64,000 nucleotides of DNA, taken from IMG/VR virus record IMGVR_UViG_3300010392_000664, positions 29,005-93,004 of that record; one strand, given 5' to 3'. This DNA comes from a virus. Shown here in pieces: positions 20,206 to 30,430 of this stretch. Below the pieces are notes generated by a model that had not been told where the DNA came from, searched no databases, and saw only the letters and a list, made by a program, of their open reading frames with translations. The translations under genes were made by a program, and so were the position numbers. How positions within the stretch are numbered: the stretch's first letter is position 1; each line of letters starts with the position of its first letter.

Positions 20206-22310
20206 TACGTTAATCCTCCACCTTGGCGTCTTCGTTTAGTTTCTTCGAGTTGTTTGTTTTGAATATCAACCATCGTTTCCAGCAGTGAGTTGCGTTTGCC
20301 GTCTAGATCGCCGCCTGTTAAAAAGGCATCTTGGATAGCACTACCAAAATCAGGAATAGCAAACCGACCGGCGTCCAGAGTAACCCCAGGTGCCGAAGGT
20401 TTGGACCTGGGTTTTCTTCCACGAGGTTTTGGCTCATCTTCTGGTTCTCCACCAATGTCTTTTGCTTTTCTATTAAAGACATTTTTCATTCGGGCTACTT
20501 CCATTTGCCTTTGCAGATCTATCAAGTTTTTCTTTGCAGCATCAATCGGCATGGCTAATGGGTTTTTTGGTCCTTGGAATATTTTCAGATCCGTTTTGAA
20601 TTTATCAGACACTCCATCAAGAAATGAAGTGTCGAGTTTGTTCATTTCTTTTGCAAATTCTTCGACAAATGCCGTCCCCATTCCTCTTCCGTTAAAATCT
20701 CCTTTAATGCCTTCCCACATAGCAATAAACATGGCTTTAACTGTTGTGACCACAGCATCAAAAACAGACATCAAAGCAGTTCCTAGATTTGAGAAAACAT
20801 AAATTCCAGTTGAAACCGTCGCTTTGAATAGACCAGTGATCCTATTCATTGTGGCCATGACACTATTAGCTATTTCAAGGAAAATCAGAATCACTGACGT
20901 TTTTAAGAACTTCCATGTTAAACCCCAATCCGTTGTGAAAAGACTTATAGCATTCATAATACTATTAATCTTCTTCATAAAGAAGTTAACAAATTCACTA
21001 ACGGTGAACATAGTGACTCCAAACACCGATTTTATGATACTAGCCACAAAGTTCCAAGCGAATTTAGCTGCTGTTTTAATCACACCCCAAACATTAACAA
21101 CTACATCCAATAGATTGAAAAATATATTCTTAGCGAAGAAGAAGAACTTATCAAATTCTTTTTTGTTCCGCTCTATTACTCCTTTTATGCCATTAACTAT
21201 CCCCATCAAACCTTTCATGATGGCCCCAGAGACAGCATTGAATACACCTTTAATAGCAGCAAACGCTTTTCCAAGAAGACCAGATGATGTTTCAGCTTCT
21301 TTAAATTTAGCAATCAACCAACCGAGAGCTGCCCCAGCTAATACGAAGAAAATACCGACACCAGATCCTATCAATGCGGATCTAACGGATATGCCTAAAA
21401 GTCGAGCAGCAATCCTTGCCGCAATTAATGAACTCACAAGTCCACTCACAGCAGTAGTAGTTGTGATGATAGCCGCTGTCAATTTAGGAAATTGTTTTAT
21501 GATTACTTTAATTCCATCCACAACAGTAATCAAAGCGTTCACTATCTTTGTCACCGTAGGGATGATAGCAGCACCCATTTCACGAAGAGCTTGTGTCCAT
21601 GAGTCTTTAAGATTAGAAAAACGACCCATCATTGATTGGTTTTGTTTTTCCATTAAATTCTCAAACATCCCACCGGCACCGGTCATTCTGTTGAATGCTT
21701 GTTCAACCATGTCGGCAGAAATCTCGCTTCTGGAAGTCATGTTAGCGATTTCAGATTCTGCTACTCCTAGCATATCTGCTAATTCGCTAACCATAGGAAC
21801 ACCCAGAATACCGAAGTCCCTTAATTCACGACCGGTCAATTTAGATGCCCGCCGAACCTGAGCCATATTCGCAATGATTCTCTCTAGACCAAATTCTCCT
21901 TTTCCAATACCAGCAGAAACATCACCGATACTTCTTAATGTAGGGATTAATTCATCAGCAGCATAACCTGCAGCAATCAATTGACGAGCATTGTTCTCAA
22001 TGCCAGTTAATTCAAAAGGTGTGCGGGCAGCAAAATCAGCAAGTTCCTGAAGTTTTTCTTTAGCAAGTTCCTCACTTCCCAAGATAGTAGAAAAGGCGAT
22101 ATTAGTTTGTTCAAATTCACCAGCAAGGGTAGTGGCCTGTTGAATAAGTCCTGAACCGGCAGCAGCTACAGCGGATAAAATACCACCAGCAGCAAGTTCG
22201 ATTCCTTGGAGAGTCTTTTGGGTTTCGCCTTTAACGGAACGAAGACCAGACCGCATGCCAGCAGCATCCAGTCGGACTCTCACAAAAACTCGTGCTAATT
22301 CATAACCCAT
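20205..22310 (-). CDS. tail tape measure protein
   Basis: FEQTNIAFSTILGS...FAARTPFEL...LRSIGDVSAG tape-measure domain, GRFSNLKD, amphipathic repeats. Confidence 0.92.
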   Translation of the reverse strand: MGYELARVFVRVRLDAAGMRSGLRSVKGETQKTLQGIELAAGGILSAVAAAGSGLIQQATTLAGEFEQTNIAFSTILGSEELAKEKLQELADFAARTPFELTGIENNARQLIAAGYAADELIPTLRSIGDVSAGIGKGEFGLERIIANMAQVRRASKLTGRELRDFGILGVPMVSELADMLGVAESEIANMTSRSEISADMVEQAFNRMTGAGGMFENLMEKQNQSMMGRFSNLKDSWTQALREMGAAIIPTVTKIVNALITVVDGIKVIIKQFPKLTAAIITTTTAVSGLVSSLIAARIAARLLGISVRSALIGSGVGIFFVLAGAALGWLIAKFKEAETSSGLLGKAFAAIKGVFNAVSGAIMKGLMGIVNGIKGVIERNKKEFDKFFFFAKNIFFNLLDVVVNVWGVIKTAAKFAWNFVASIIKSVFGVTMFTVSEFVNFFMKKINSIMNAISLFTTDWGLTWKFLKTSVILIFLEIANSVMATMNRITGLFKATVSTGIYVFSNLGTALMSVFDAVVTTVKAMFIAMWEGIKGDFNGRGMGTAFVEEFAKEMNKLDTSFLDGVSDKFKTDLKIFQGPKNPLAMPIDAAKKNLIDLQRQMEVARMKNVFNRKAKDIGGEPEDEPKPRGRKPRSKPSAPGVTLDAGRFAIPDFGSAIQDAFLTGGDLDGKRNSLLETMVDIQNKQLEETKRRRQGGGLT

Positions 22311-22313
22311 TGC

Positions 22314-22721
22314 CTACTCCTTGCGTTTTCTTCGCTCCTCCCGCCGTTTACGCCGCCGTTCGCGGGCCTCTGCCCGTTGCTCGCGGCCAGTTGGTTCCTT
22401 CTGGTGTTGTTTTGCCGCCTCTGCTTCCATCAACCTACGTGCTAGGGATTTGCCGCCCACGTTGAGCTTGGCCTTTATGGGTTTGCCATACTTATCTCGG
22501 CCACGGACCATTCCATGTTTATCCGCCATTGCGAGGCCAACTTCGCTATCAACTTTTATTGATCGTTTCTTTCCAGACTTTCTGAGATTTTTAGAATCTA
22601 CCAATAACATATAAATTTGATCCAAAGTCATATGGCCTACTTTAGTAGGGCATATCCCAAGACCCCCATCCCAAGGATTATCACATAATCTTCTTATGTG
22701 CCAAGGACCGAGCCCAGCCAT
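22314..22721 (-). CDS. tail assembly chaperone, T-like segment (expressed via -1 frameshift)
   Basis: Frame is open back to the slippery site at 22790-22796; VGHMTLDQIY motif; precedes the tape measure. Confidence 0.75.
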   Translation of the reverse strand: MAGLGPWHIRRLCDNPWDGGLGICPTKVGHMTLDQIYMLLVDSKNLRKSGKKRSIKVDSEVGLAMADKHGMVRGRDKYGKPIKAKLNVGGKSLARRLMEAEAAKQHQKEPTGREQRAEARERRRKRREERRKRKE

Positions 22722-22783
22722 AAGATCATGATAAATTATCTCATCCGTTTCTTGGGCATCCCCGTCACTTCTTGCGACGGACC

Positions 22784-23437
22784 CTAAGTATTTCCCATTT
22801 CAGGAGCACTTAGGGATTCGATCGTTCTGCTAAGCTCAATCATCAATTGAGGGTTTTTGCTGACTGCTAAAATGATGTCACTTCGCGTAACTGGATTTCC
22901 TTCAAAGCATTTGCAGATCATTTCAAGTTGACCGGCGTGAGATCCCGTTATCCACCAACTGGAGTAACCAACTTTATGCTTTCGAGGAACGTCATCAGTT
23001 AATTTTGTGTACAATTCAACTGACAGATCTTCGCTTTCCAGGCAAGTTGCGATGATTTCCTGCTTTTGTCTTTTGACTTTCTCCTTTGATGCGTTTTTTA
23101 CAGGCGTATAGTCAAATGAATCAGTAAGCCATTTACTTATCGAACCATTGATTTTGATTTTACTGACATCATAAACTTCCTTTGTCGGAAGGTCTTCTAG
23201 TGTCCAAAGAGAAACCTCATCCATCTTCTCTCGCAGCAACCGCTCACCGGCACCATCCGGCAAAAGATCAGCATTGTCAGAATAAGTGGAAAGGTACTCT
23301 CTCTTGTACATCTTGAGACATGTTCTCTCCAATTCGGTAAGCTCAATGATTGTCAAAGGGCGAACTTTACATTCCACATCACCAATCATAAGTGTCCCGG
23401 CACTGGCACCAAGAACACGAGCTACATCTTCAGCCAT
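22784..23437 (-). CDS. tail assembly chaperone (G-like)
   Basis: Between tail tube and tape measure; VRPLTIxEL; ends at the slippery site. Confidence 0.8.
   Translation of the reverse strand: MAEDVARVLGASAGTLMIGDVECKVRPLTIIELTELERTCLKMYKREYLSTYSDNADLLPDGAGERLLREKMDEVSLWTLEDLPTKEVYDVSKIKINGSISKWLTDSFDYTPVKNASKEKVKRQKQEIIATCLESEDLSVELYTKLTDDVPRKHKVGYSSWWITGSHAGQLEMICKCFEGNPVTRSDIILAVSKNPQLMIELSRTIESLSAPEMGNT
22790..22796 (-). other. programmed -1 ribosomal frameshift site G GGA AAT
   Basis: X XXY YYZ heptamer in frame (ATG GGA AAT ACT TAG); the -1 frame reads GKYLGSVARSDGDAQETDEIIYHDL into MAGLGPW. Confidence 0.85.
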
Positions 23438-23661
23438 TGTTGTTTTCCTCTGTTACTTTGACAGTTCCCTTGCGAAGGAACCAAACGGATTGATCTTGGG
23501 AATGAACCCAAGTATATACGCTGACTTAGGGGGAATTTTAATAAGACGAGATGATGAGATGAGTCTTCGTTCCAAACGGCACCCATCACAAGAACAGGAC
23601 GGAAGATAATGCCGTTTGGTTTTTTCGAAGATTTCAGGAGGGTTTGTCATGATAACATGAC

Positions 23662-24087
23662 TTATAAGGATCTGGAGGGTGCTCCAGCTTGACCCGGTCG
23701 ATAGAAAATGCCGTCGGCACCGAAAGAGGTAGTCCAACCGATAACCTCTTCTGTGTCAATATCAACTGAAATATTGAAATCGGTGCATAAAGCTCTTGGG
23801 AAATCCCAATAAAGCGAAACGTTATTCATCCAAAGAGTTTCAATGGCAATATCACCCGGCATGAAGGTATCGTATACCTCGGTTCCGGTATCGTACACGC
23901 CTTCGGCTTCGGAGGTGGCATCTCGACGACCCGCTGCCCGGTTAGTGTACCCGGCGGAGTCAGAGTCACCCCATTCGGAACTACTCGCTTGCGTAGGATT
24001 GACAGACCAGTTCTTCGTTCTGGCGACCGTAGTGGACGCCACCTGGAACTTGCCGGTCCTCCCGGTTAATGCTGTTTCACTGGTCAT
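23662..24087 (-). CDS. major tail tube protein
   Basis: ALTGRTGK...WSV...DSAGY....GRRDATSEAEGVYD; size and position typical of tube proteins. Confidence 0.78.
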   Translation of the reverse strand: MTSETALTGRTGKFQVASTTVARTKNWSVNPTQASSSEWGDSDSAGYTNRAAGRRDATSEAEGVYDTGTEVYDTFMPGDIAIETLWMNNVSLYWDFPRALCTDFNISVDIDTEEVIGWTTSFGADGIFYRPGQAGAPSRSL

Positions 24088-24117
24088 GCTGAATTCCTTA
24101 TCAGATCAAATTTAAGT

Positions 24118-24843
24118 TTACGGTGAGGAGGAAGAGCTACTCGAAGCTGACGAAGTTGACGATGCCGACGAACTCGACAGACTACTACTTGATGACGATA
24201 CCGATGACACTGAGCTGCTGCTTGACGAGCTACTCGACACCGAGCTACTGGAAGAGCTGCTTGACGAACTGGAACTTGCGTCAGCATCATCTCTACCTAT
24301 CAACAACACAGTGTAGGTAACTGCTGCTGAATTTGCCGTTACCTTAACACGATGACTTGATGCGTCCGTTACTGCAAATGCTGCTTCAGCAGGCTGTGCT
24401 TTTGCTAACCACCCTTGGCCTCGTAGCCCACCTCCTAATGCCGCAGTATGGGAACCGATCGGACTCCAACCATTTGTGGCGTCAGGTTCGACTTCCAGGA
24501 TACCAGCAGCATCCACCGCATTTTCATTCACAAACCCAACAAACACGATTTCTTCATTTAAGTTTGCCTGCCCATTTATATCGTTTCCAGCACCCGCCCC
24601 AGTGTCAATAGATCCCGTATCGTAGACATCAATTACCCGCGAAGATCCACTTGATAGGGTTTCTCTGAATTCCCATGCTCTGTTTGCTTCATTTGCATTA
24701 ACACCAGACGACAAAGTTAATGAAAGCACAAGCTGCTGCACACCAGACGAATTTCTGCTGGTGTTGGATGTCATTGTATTGACAACAGTAGCAGTGGCCG
24801 AAATTGATACTTTCGCTGCTGCAAGGGATCGTGTTCCCATCAC
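24118..24843 (-). CDS. virion protein with ~51-residue C-terminal poly-Ser tail
   Basis: Beta-rich domain, then a Ser tract at 24124-24276; lies between terminator and tube genes. Confidence 0.7.
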   Translation of the reverse strand: MMGTRSLAAAKVSISATATVVNTMTSNTSRNSSGVQQLVLSLTLSSGVNANEANRAWEFRETLSSGSSRVIDVYDTGSIDTGAGAGNDINGQANLNEEIVFVGFVNENAVDAAGILEVEPDATNGWSPIGSHTAALGGGLRGQGWLAKAQPAEAAFAVTDASSHRVKVTANSAAVTYTVLLIGRDDADASSSSSSSSSSSSVSSSSSSSSSVSSVSSSSSSLSSSSASSTSSASSSSSSSP

Positions 24844-24850
24844 TTAACCT

Positions 24851-25357
24851 TTATAATAATTTAACCGGAACGTCGAGTAAGAAGAGATAAAAGATGTCCC
24901 ATCTATACTCTTTATCACCCGTTTTTATTCCAACATCATTCTGGTACTGCACATTCAAAACATTGCCATAAGTCAGTTCGATCGGCAGGGGATCCGCTTC
25001 TGGATGCCCGCCGAATTTTTGCATAACAAAACCGGCGAGGCGAGCAGCAGTCTCTTTCGCTGTTTCATTATTTGTACTGATTTCTTTTGCATGTATTCTG
25101 AAAATCCAAGGGACTAGTCTATGCTCATGTTTTTCGTCTGCAGAATGACCAGAATCCCTTGAATCTGTATTTCCAGCTTCTTGCTCGTATACGCAATAAG
25201 GAAATGGCTGTTTTGCCATCCCGTCTTGATCGTTTAGGGAAGTGAATTGAGTGCGTAATGACTCCTCCCAATTCTTCTTAAATTCCCATGATATTCCTGA
25301 ATCTTCCCATACAGTGGCAATGGCTTTATGTAAGTCCGCTGATCCTACAAAAGTCAT
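24851..25357 (-). CDS. tail terminator/completion protein
   Basis: PFPYCVY motif, size and position. Confidence 0.65.
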   Translation of the reverse strand: MTFVGSADLHKAIATVWEDSGISWEFKKNWEESLRTQFTSLNDQDGMAKQPFPYCVYEQEAGNTDSRDSGHSADEKHEHRLVPWIFRIHAKEISTNNETAKETAARLAGFVMQKFGGHPEADPLPIELTYGNVLNVQYQNDVGIKTGDKEYRWDIFYLFLLDVPVKLL

Positions 25358-25815
25358 CGTATTGGCCCTGACAATAACTTAACCAGTCGTTGTCTATTTT
25401 CATTCAAAGTTCTACGCAAAAACGACCGATTCATCTGAAGTTCTAGGGTCACACCATAATCAACAGGTGTGCCAATCACCCCATCGTATACTCCAGGACT
25501 AGGGGAAAAGGTCGTTTGAAAAATTGACTTCATCAGGTTAGTTGTGTCTGCTTTCGGAAATTCTCCAGGTTTCGATCGGTTCGAAACCCTGACCACTCCA
25601 TTGACCAGAGATTTCGTAACCGGACGAGAGATATTTTTGACCACCTCATTTCTAACGAATTCTGAAGCTAAAGAAACTCGTTGTCTTACGGTCAACTCTA
25701 TCTTACTAGAAACTTCCTCAATGAACCACTTTGTTTCGCTTGCTCTGTCTCCAGCAGTCGCAGCCCGGCGAAACCGAGCTTTTTCAATGCGATTAATTCC
25801 TGCTTGAGTTGCCAT
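25354..25815 (-). CDS. HK97 gp10-like neck/tail completion protein
   Basis: SKPGEFPKADTTNLMKSI, GTPVDYGVTLE, RSFLRRTL. Confidence 0.75.
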   Translation of the reverse strand: MATQAGINRIEKARFRRAATAGDRASETKWFIEEVSSKIELTVRQRVSLASEFVRNEVVKNISRPVTKSLVNGVVRVSNRSKPGEFPKADTTNLMKSIFQTTFSPSPGVYDGVIGTPVDYGVTLELQMNRSFLRRTLNENRQRLVKLLSGPIR

Positions 25816-26417
25816 TAACCACCTGATCGTGAAAGATTTTCAACCCATTCGTCCCATTGATCTTCATAAACGGGTTGGGTGTTACCAATTCGACTGCCAG
25901 GATTCAGCAAAAACTTACCCGGCAATTCTTCAATTTCTTCGATTGTTGGTTGCTTGCCCCGAACCAACTTGGCATCTCCTGATTCCAAGAGCCACAACAT
26001 TTCCCGGCAAAGGGTCTTCATTCGATGTGGGTCAAGTATTTCAGTTCTCGGAGGCACACCTTCGATCTTATCCCCGACCGAAAATGCACTTGTTTCCTTC
26101 ATGTACCGATAAATCCGTTTGCACATCTGTTCATCATTATTCAACGGATCCTTGATCATGATCGTTCTGTTTTCCGGGTCCACGTGCAATTCCATTCCCG
26201 GAATCCTTTGCAGAGTCGCTAACCCCCGCGATCTATCAACGGGAACCATCATTTCCCCGGATTTCACATCCTTGACTGGTCGATGCCCATCAATGGCAGA
26301 ACGTAATCTCAATCCGGGAACTGATTGAATCAACTGATTACCGTTATTCTGGTTATCAATCTCAATCCCGAACTTTACATAAGTTCTGCTCTCTTGCTTC
26401 TCCGCTGTTGCCGCCAT
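25815..26417 (-). CDS. hypothetical protein downstream of the capsid gene
   Basis: 200-aa ORF with RBS. Confidence 0.7.
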   Translation of the reverse strand: MAATAEKQESRTYVKFGIEIDNQNNGNQLIQSVPGLRLRSAIDGHRPVKDVKSGEMMVPVDRSRGLATLQRIPGMELHVDPENRTIMIKDPLNNDEQMCKRIYRYMKETSAFSVGDKIEGVPPRTEILDPHRMKTLCREMLWLLESGDAKLVRGKQPTIEEIEELPGKFLLNPGSRIGNTQPVYEDQWDEWVENLSRSGG

Positions 26418-26448
26418 TAACTCTACCTTTCTTAAATGCTATAGTGAA

Positions 26449-26487
26449 CCCTGTCTGCTGGCAAAACAACAAATCCAGCAGACAGGG
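26449..26487 (-). terminator. 13-bp hairpin after the major capsid gene (attenuator or mRNA stabiliser)
   Basis: CCCTGTCTGCTGG-13 nt-CCAGCAGACAGGG; weak U tract. Confidence 0.6.
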
Positions 26488-26526
26488 ACTCAAGATAGCA
26501 GATTCCTTCCGCTATACAAGTTCAAC

Positions 26527-28191
26527 TTACGCAGGTGCAGTAGTGGTCAAAGCCGCCGTTGCACCTCGTTCGAGCTGACCGCCATATCGTGCCATAGCAA
26601 CGACAAGCATCTCGTTTCTGCGGAGGAGGGTGTCACCCTCGGTACTCGTTCGAATGGCTAGGCCACGACGACGGTACATCCGGTAACGGGCCAAGATTGC
26701 ATAGAAAATTTGGGTATTCGCCAAACTTTCGTTAATCTTGTATGGCCGTTGCATCCATTGGTAATCATCGTAATTCATACCACCGAGGCGACGGGCATCA
26801 GAAGCTCCAACCGGGATGGCCTTTGCTCTCTGATAAGAGGTTTCCGTTCCGCAAAAGACAGCAGTCGATTTGACATTTGCCTTATGCTCAGGTTTCGCAA
26901 CACCGAACCGCAAGGATTCGTAGTTACCCAGGCTAGTTGTACCGCCCCAGGCAACCGTCGTGATACCCGACTTGTTGACAACACCTTCGGGTTGGGTCGT
27001 ACCGTTACCGACCGCCACAACGTCGTCCAGGTCTTCGAGAAGCCGTTCACCGTATTGTGAGGTGATGAGTCCACCGAAGTCCAGGGGTGTGTCTGACATG
27101 AAATCCAAACCGATTCGGACAGCACCTTCCCAACGATAGATGGTAGTGTCAAATGCCGAAACATAGTTTGTGGTGTCAAACAATGAAATCGACGTGTCAT
27201 CAACACCGCCCCAAGAAGCAGTGATGTTGCTGACTTCAACACCTTCAATCCGACGACCACGATCCAACGGAATTGTGTTGACAAGCGGGAACAACTCACC
27301 ATAAAGCAGGGGAGTTTGAATCACCATGTCATCAAAAACAATAGGAGCAGCTTCAAGACCACCAGATGCAGCATCGTCGATAAGAGCTTTAATGCCCGTT
27401 CCGCTGCGGCCACGATAACCCTTTGAAGTCATCGATTTGTAGTCTTCCGACGAATCCCATTGTTCTTCAAGGGCAAGGTAAGTCAGCAGATTCTTTTCAT
27501 GATCTGACAACATTTCCCAAGCCCGGACTGCGGTTCCCGCAATATTCGGTGCCGCTGCAGCAATCTGCAACTTAGCAAATGCACCGGCGAGTGCCTTATC
27601 CCGGTCAGAAGGACTGTACAAGGTACGCCCAAGATCGGTGACAGGCATTCCTGCCAATTGATTACGATGACCACTCTTTGTGGCTTCCGGGTACTTCAAC
27701 ACAGATTTCTCTGTTGAGTACCGCTCAGCCGCCGATTTCACTCGGATAGTGGAATCATCGGAATCCTTCTCAGTGGAATTTCCTGCATTTGCCATGACAG
27801 CTTTTTCCAACTCACTCGGTTTCTTTTCTTTTTCGCCATCCGGAGTTTCCGACTTCTCGGAGGTTTCCTTGGCACTCTTTTCTTCATCACCCGCAGGTTC
27901 TTCAACGGCATGCTTTTCAACAACCGTTTCGGCGGTTTTTTGACCGTCGATGATGGTTTGTTTCAAGTCACCGACAACGGACACAAGATCCGTCATTGCC
28001 TTGGTGAACTCATTCGGAGCTTCATCAGAAGCGTCCTTTGTGAGATCATTCAAAATATCCAAAGTAAGATCACTTTCTTCGGATACCAGGGCTTCGGCTA
28101 CCGCCTTGCGGAATTCTTCGTCAGTCGAGTTTGCCTTAACTTGGCAGTTATCGACCAGCCACTTCTTCAGCTTCGCAGTCAATTTAAACAT
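26527..28191 (-). CDS. HK97-fold major capsid protein with long N-terminal scaffold/delta region
   Basis: SGGLEAAP, DFGGLI...LDDVVAVGNGTTQPEGVVN, VVAMARYGGQ; follows the prohead protease. Confidence 0.9.
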   Translation of the reverse strand: MFKLTAKLKKWLVDNCQVKANSTDEEFRKAVAEALVSEESDLTLDILNDLTKDASDEAPNEFTKAMTDLVSVVGDLKQTIIDGQKTAETVVEKHAVEEPAGDEEKSAKETSEKSETPDGEKEKKPSELEKAVMANAGNSTEKDSDDSTIRVKSAAERYSTEKSVLKYPEATKSGHRNQLAGMPVTDLGRTLYSPSDRDKALAGAFAKLQIAAAAPNIAGTAVRAWEMLSDHEKNLLTYLALEEQWDSSEDYKSMTSKGYRGRSGTGIKALIDDAASGGLEAAPIVFDDMVIQTPLLYGELFPLVNTIPLDRGRRIEGVEVSNITASWGGVDDTSISLFDTTNYVSAFDTTIYRWEGAVRIGLDFMSDTPLDFGGLITSQYGERLLEDLDDVVAVGNGTTQPEGVVNKSGITTVAWGGTTSLGNYESLRFGVAKPEHKANVKSTAVFCGTETSYQRAKAIPVGASDARRLGGMNYDDYQWMQRPYKINESLANTQIFYAILARYRMYRRRGLAIRTSTEGDTLLRRNEMLVVAMARYGGQLERGATAALTTTAPA

Positions 28192-28269
28192 TTTTACTCC
28201 TAATCATCTGCGACCGCATCAAATACTGCCATGCATACGAGACCGACCCGTTGCCATGACTTCGAACTA

Positions 28270-29754
28270 TCAGTTCATCAACTCTTTGAACTTTTTAGTT
28301 CGTTCAGTCCTTTCATCAATTTCTTGGAATGCCTTCAGGGAATCCAGTAATTTGCTCCGCTGCCCCCTGTCAGCATAAGCCAGAATTGTTTTCATTGCTG
28401 CTTCAACGCCATTACTTTCGGCTTGCTTGCGAGCTTCAGCAAGTTTCTTAAGATGCTGGAACAGGCTTTTATCTTCTATCTTAGTTGTCGTGGAAACATT
28501 AACCTCAGTTGGTGTCCCGGTTAGTTTGGGACTGCCGTCTTTATACTTCCAACCAACTCGAATGAAGTTTTCTTTATAACCATCATCATATTCTTCATAC
28601 ATGATGATTACGTTTTTCTGAAATGTACCAACAACATGGCAATAACAATAATCATCCATATCGATGTCATTTTCATCCAGATAACCCTTAACCTGAGAAT
28701 TCAAATCATCTCGAATGGCCTCGTAACTACCATCAATTGCCGACGAATAAAAACCTTTCTCGGAAATGACCAGATCTTTTTCTTCGGTCACTTCTTGGTT
28801 TTTGGTGTCATTGATTTTGGTTTCGACCGCATTGGTTTCTTTTGGTGAGCTACCTCCGCAGGAACATCCTTTACTTCCGGTTTCAGTTTTTGATTCGGAT
28901 TTTGCTTTTTCGTCATCTTTGTTTTCCTTGGCAAGCACTAAAGTTTCCGGCACGACGAAGGTCTTGTCACGACGGTCCCGGATGCCTTGGCCCACACTTT
29001 TCATGATTCCAGATGTAAGTTTACCGCCTTCAACCAACGAAAGCAGAACCTCTTCAACCACCGCATCAGCATTCGCCGGTACGGAAACAACGGATTCCTC
29101 AATGATGGCATACTTTTTGATGTCAAATCCACCAGCCATCCCATACTCGTCTTCATCTTTTAGCTGGCTGAATTCTAAAGCACTGAATCCGTGAGAAAAC
29201 CTACCCATGTCATTGTCAACCATGACGGCAGCGTCTTTTGCCACGTCATTGATATCCACAATGGCCGAGTAAAGCGACAAACTTTTAGAAGTATGGCTTG
29301 CAACCCCCAACATTTTGCCAATCGGCAAAGTATGGATATGTTGCCACAACAGCAACATTTTAGGATCAAGAACAGCACCATCTGTTCTTAGAATATCACC
29401 ATCTCGATCCTTTGTTGACGTTGTCAAAACATGTTTGATCACCATCAATGTATTTTTAGGAAGTTCAATGGAAAGACCATCTTGTGAAATGATATCCTTT
29501 CCCTTATCTTCCACAACCATTTCATCATTGCTGTAGGTCAATGTTTCCGATGCCTTTTTGAGAACATCAGAAAAACTGACATTTGATTTAGATGCAAATT
29601 TATAACATGCATCTAAACCAACGCACGACTCAACAGTCTTGACGTAACGATCTGCCGTAAGGATGCCGCGATTGAACTCAGTGTTCTTAGCACCGCGTTC
29701 TTTCAGCAACTTAAGCAGTAGCTCATTTGGATCCATATCAGATAGTCCGTCCAA
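28270..29754 (-). CDS. HK97-type prohead protease with C-terminal extension
   Basis: TTSTKDRDGDI, LLWQH, PIGK, FSHGF, EESVVSVPANADA. Confidence 0.88.
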   Translation of the reverse strand: MDGLSDMDPNELLLKLLKERGAKNTEFNRGILTADRYVKTVESCVGLDACYKFASKSNVSFSDVLKKASETLTYSNDEMVVEDKGKDIISQDGLSIELPKNTLMVIKHVLTTSTKDRDGDILRTDGAVLDPKMLLLWQHIHTLPIGKMLGVASHTSKSLSLYSAIVDINDVAKDAAVMVDNDMGRFSHGFSALEFSQLKDEDEYGMAGGFDIKKYAIIEESVVSVPANADAVVEEVLLSLVEGGKLTSGIMKSVGQGIRDRRDKTFVVPETLVLAKENKDDEKAKSESKTETGSKGCSCGGSSPKETNAVETKINDTKNQEVTEEKDLVISEKGFYSSAIDGSYEAIRDDLNSQVKGYLDENDIDMDDYCYCHVVGTFQKNVIIMYEEYDDGYKENFIRVGWKYKDGSPKLTGTPTEVNVSTTTKIEDKSLFQHLKKLAEARKQAESNGVEAAMKTILAYADRGQRSKLLDSLKAFQEIDERTERTKKFKELMN

Positions 29755-30049
29755 AGTACTGAATATTTAGTTTAGTGTCACCGGCACTCTGACAGAATTT
29801 AAATCCCTGCAACCATGCCCTGGTAACTTCAACATAACTACCACCAGCTTGAAGGATCATTCCACGAGAACCTCCTGGTGTCGATCCATCCAAAACGTAG
29901 TTAATGTCACCCTCATCCTGAGCTTGGATTTGAGCAACAGTCGTTCCGTCAGGGATAGTAAGATCACTGACTGACTTCACCGCTGGGGTGTTAAGATCAA
30001 TTTGTTCATAGCCGAGGCAATTCACTATCGACTTCCTCTCGCTACACAT
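29738..30049 (-). CDS. small beta-rich protein (possible head decoration)
   Basis: Position before the protease; YVLDGSTP...GMIL motif. Confidence 0.5.
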   Translation of the reverse strand: MCSERKSIVNCLGYEQIDLNTPAVKSVSDLTIPDGTTVAQIQAQDEGDINYVLDGSTPGGSRGMILQAGGSYVEVTRAWLQGFKFCQSAGDTKLNIQYFGRTI

Positions 30050-30381
30050 GTGGCATCAATGGCAACCAGTTGGCGGATAGCTTTTCGATGACCACTTTCG
30101 ATTCTTTTCATCCATGCCAAAATGGTTCCGACGGAAACTTGATCTGAGCCATCCGGCACATCAGATTGAGCTTTGTTCATGTTACGGCTAACACCTAACC
30201 GTTTCAAAGCCCGAAAGGATCCCTCTCGGATCGAACGAGCACGGTCAACTGGGCCGGTGTTGATCCATCGGATGACATTCGCAAACTTTTGCTTATCAAG
30301 AGCAACCACCTGTTGTGCTTCTTTTTCAGTACTGGAATTATCCAGAACAGGAGTTACTTGTGGGTTTTTTCGAACTGCCAT
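30025..30381 (-). CDS. hypothetical protein
   Basis: ORF with GAGG RBS. Confidence 0.55.
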   Translation of the reverse strand: MAVRKNPQVTPVLDNSSTEKEAQQVVALDKQKFANVIRWINTGPVDRARSIREGSFRALKRLGVSRNMNKAQSDVPDGSDQVSVGTILAWMKRIESGHRKAIRQLVAIDATCVARGSR

Positions 30382-30430
30382 GTTTTCCTCATTGTTATAA
30401 GTAATTCTAACCTGCAGTCATGCCGCTAGA

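Noticed and set aside
20290-21861. Long plus-strand ORFs (170 and 345 aa)
   Set aside because: Antisense shadows of the tape measure gene; no recognisable motifs or RBS.
23453-23737. 94-aa ORF between tail tube and chaperone
   Set aside because: Overlaps the tube gene in another frame; only a shorter version might be real and there is no supporting motif.
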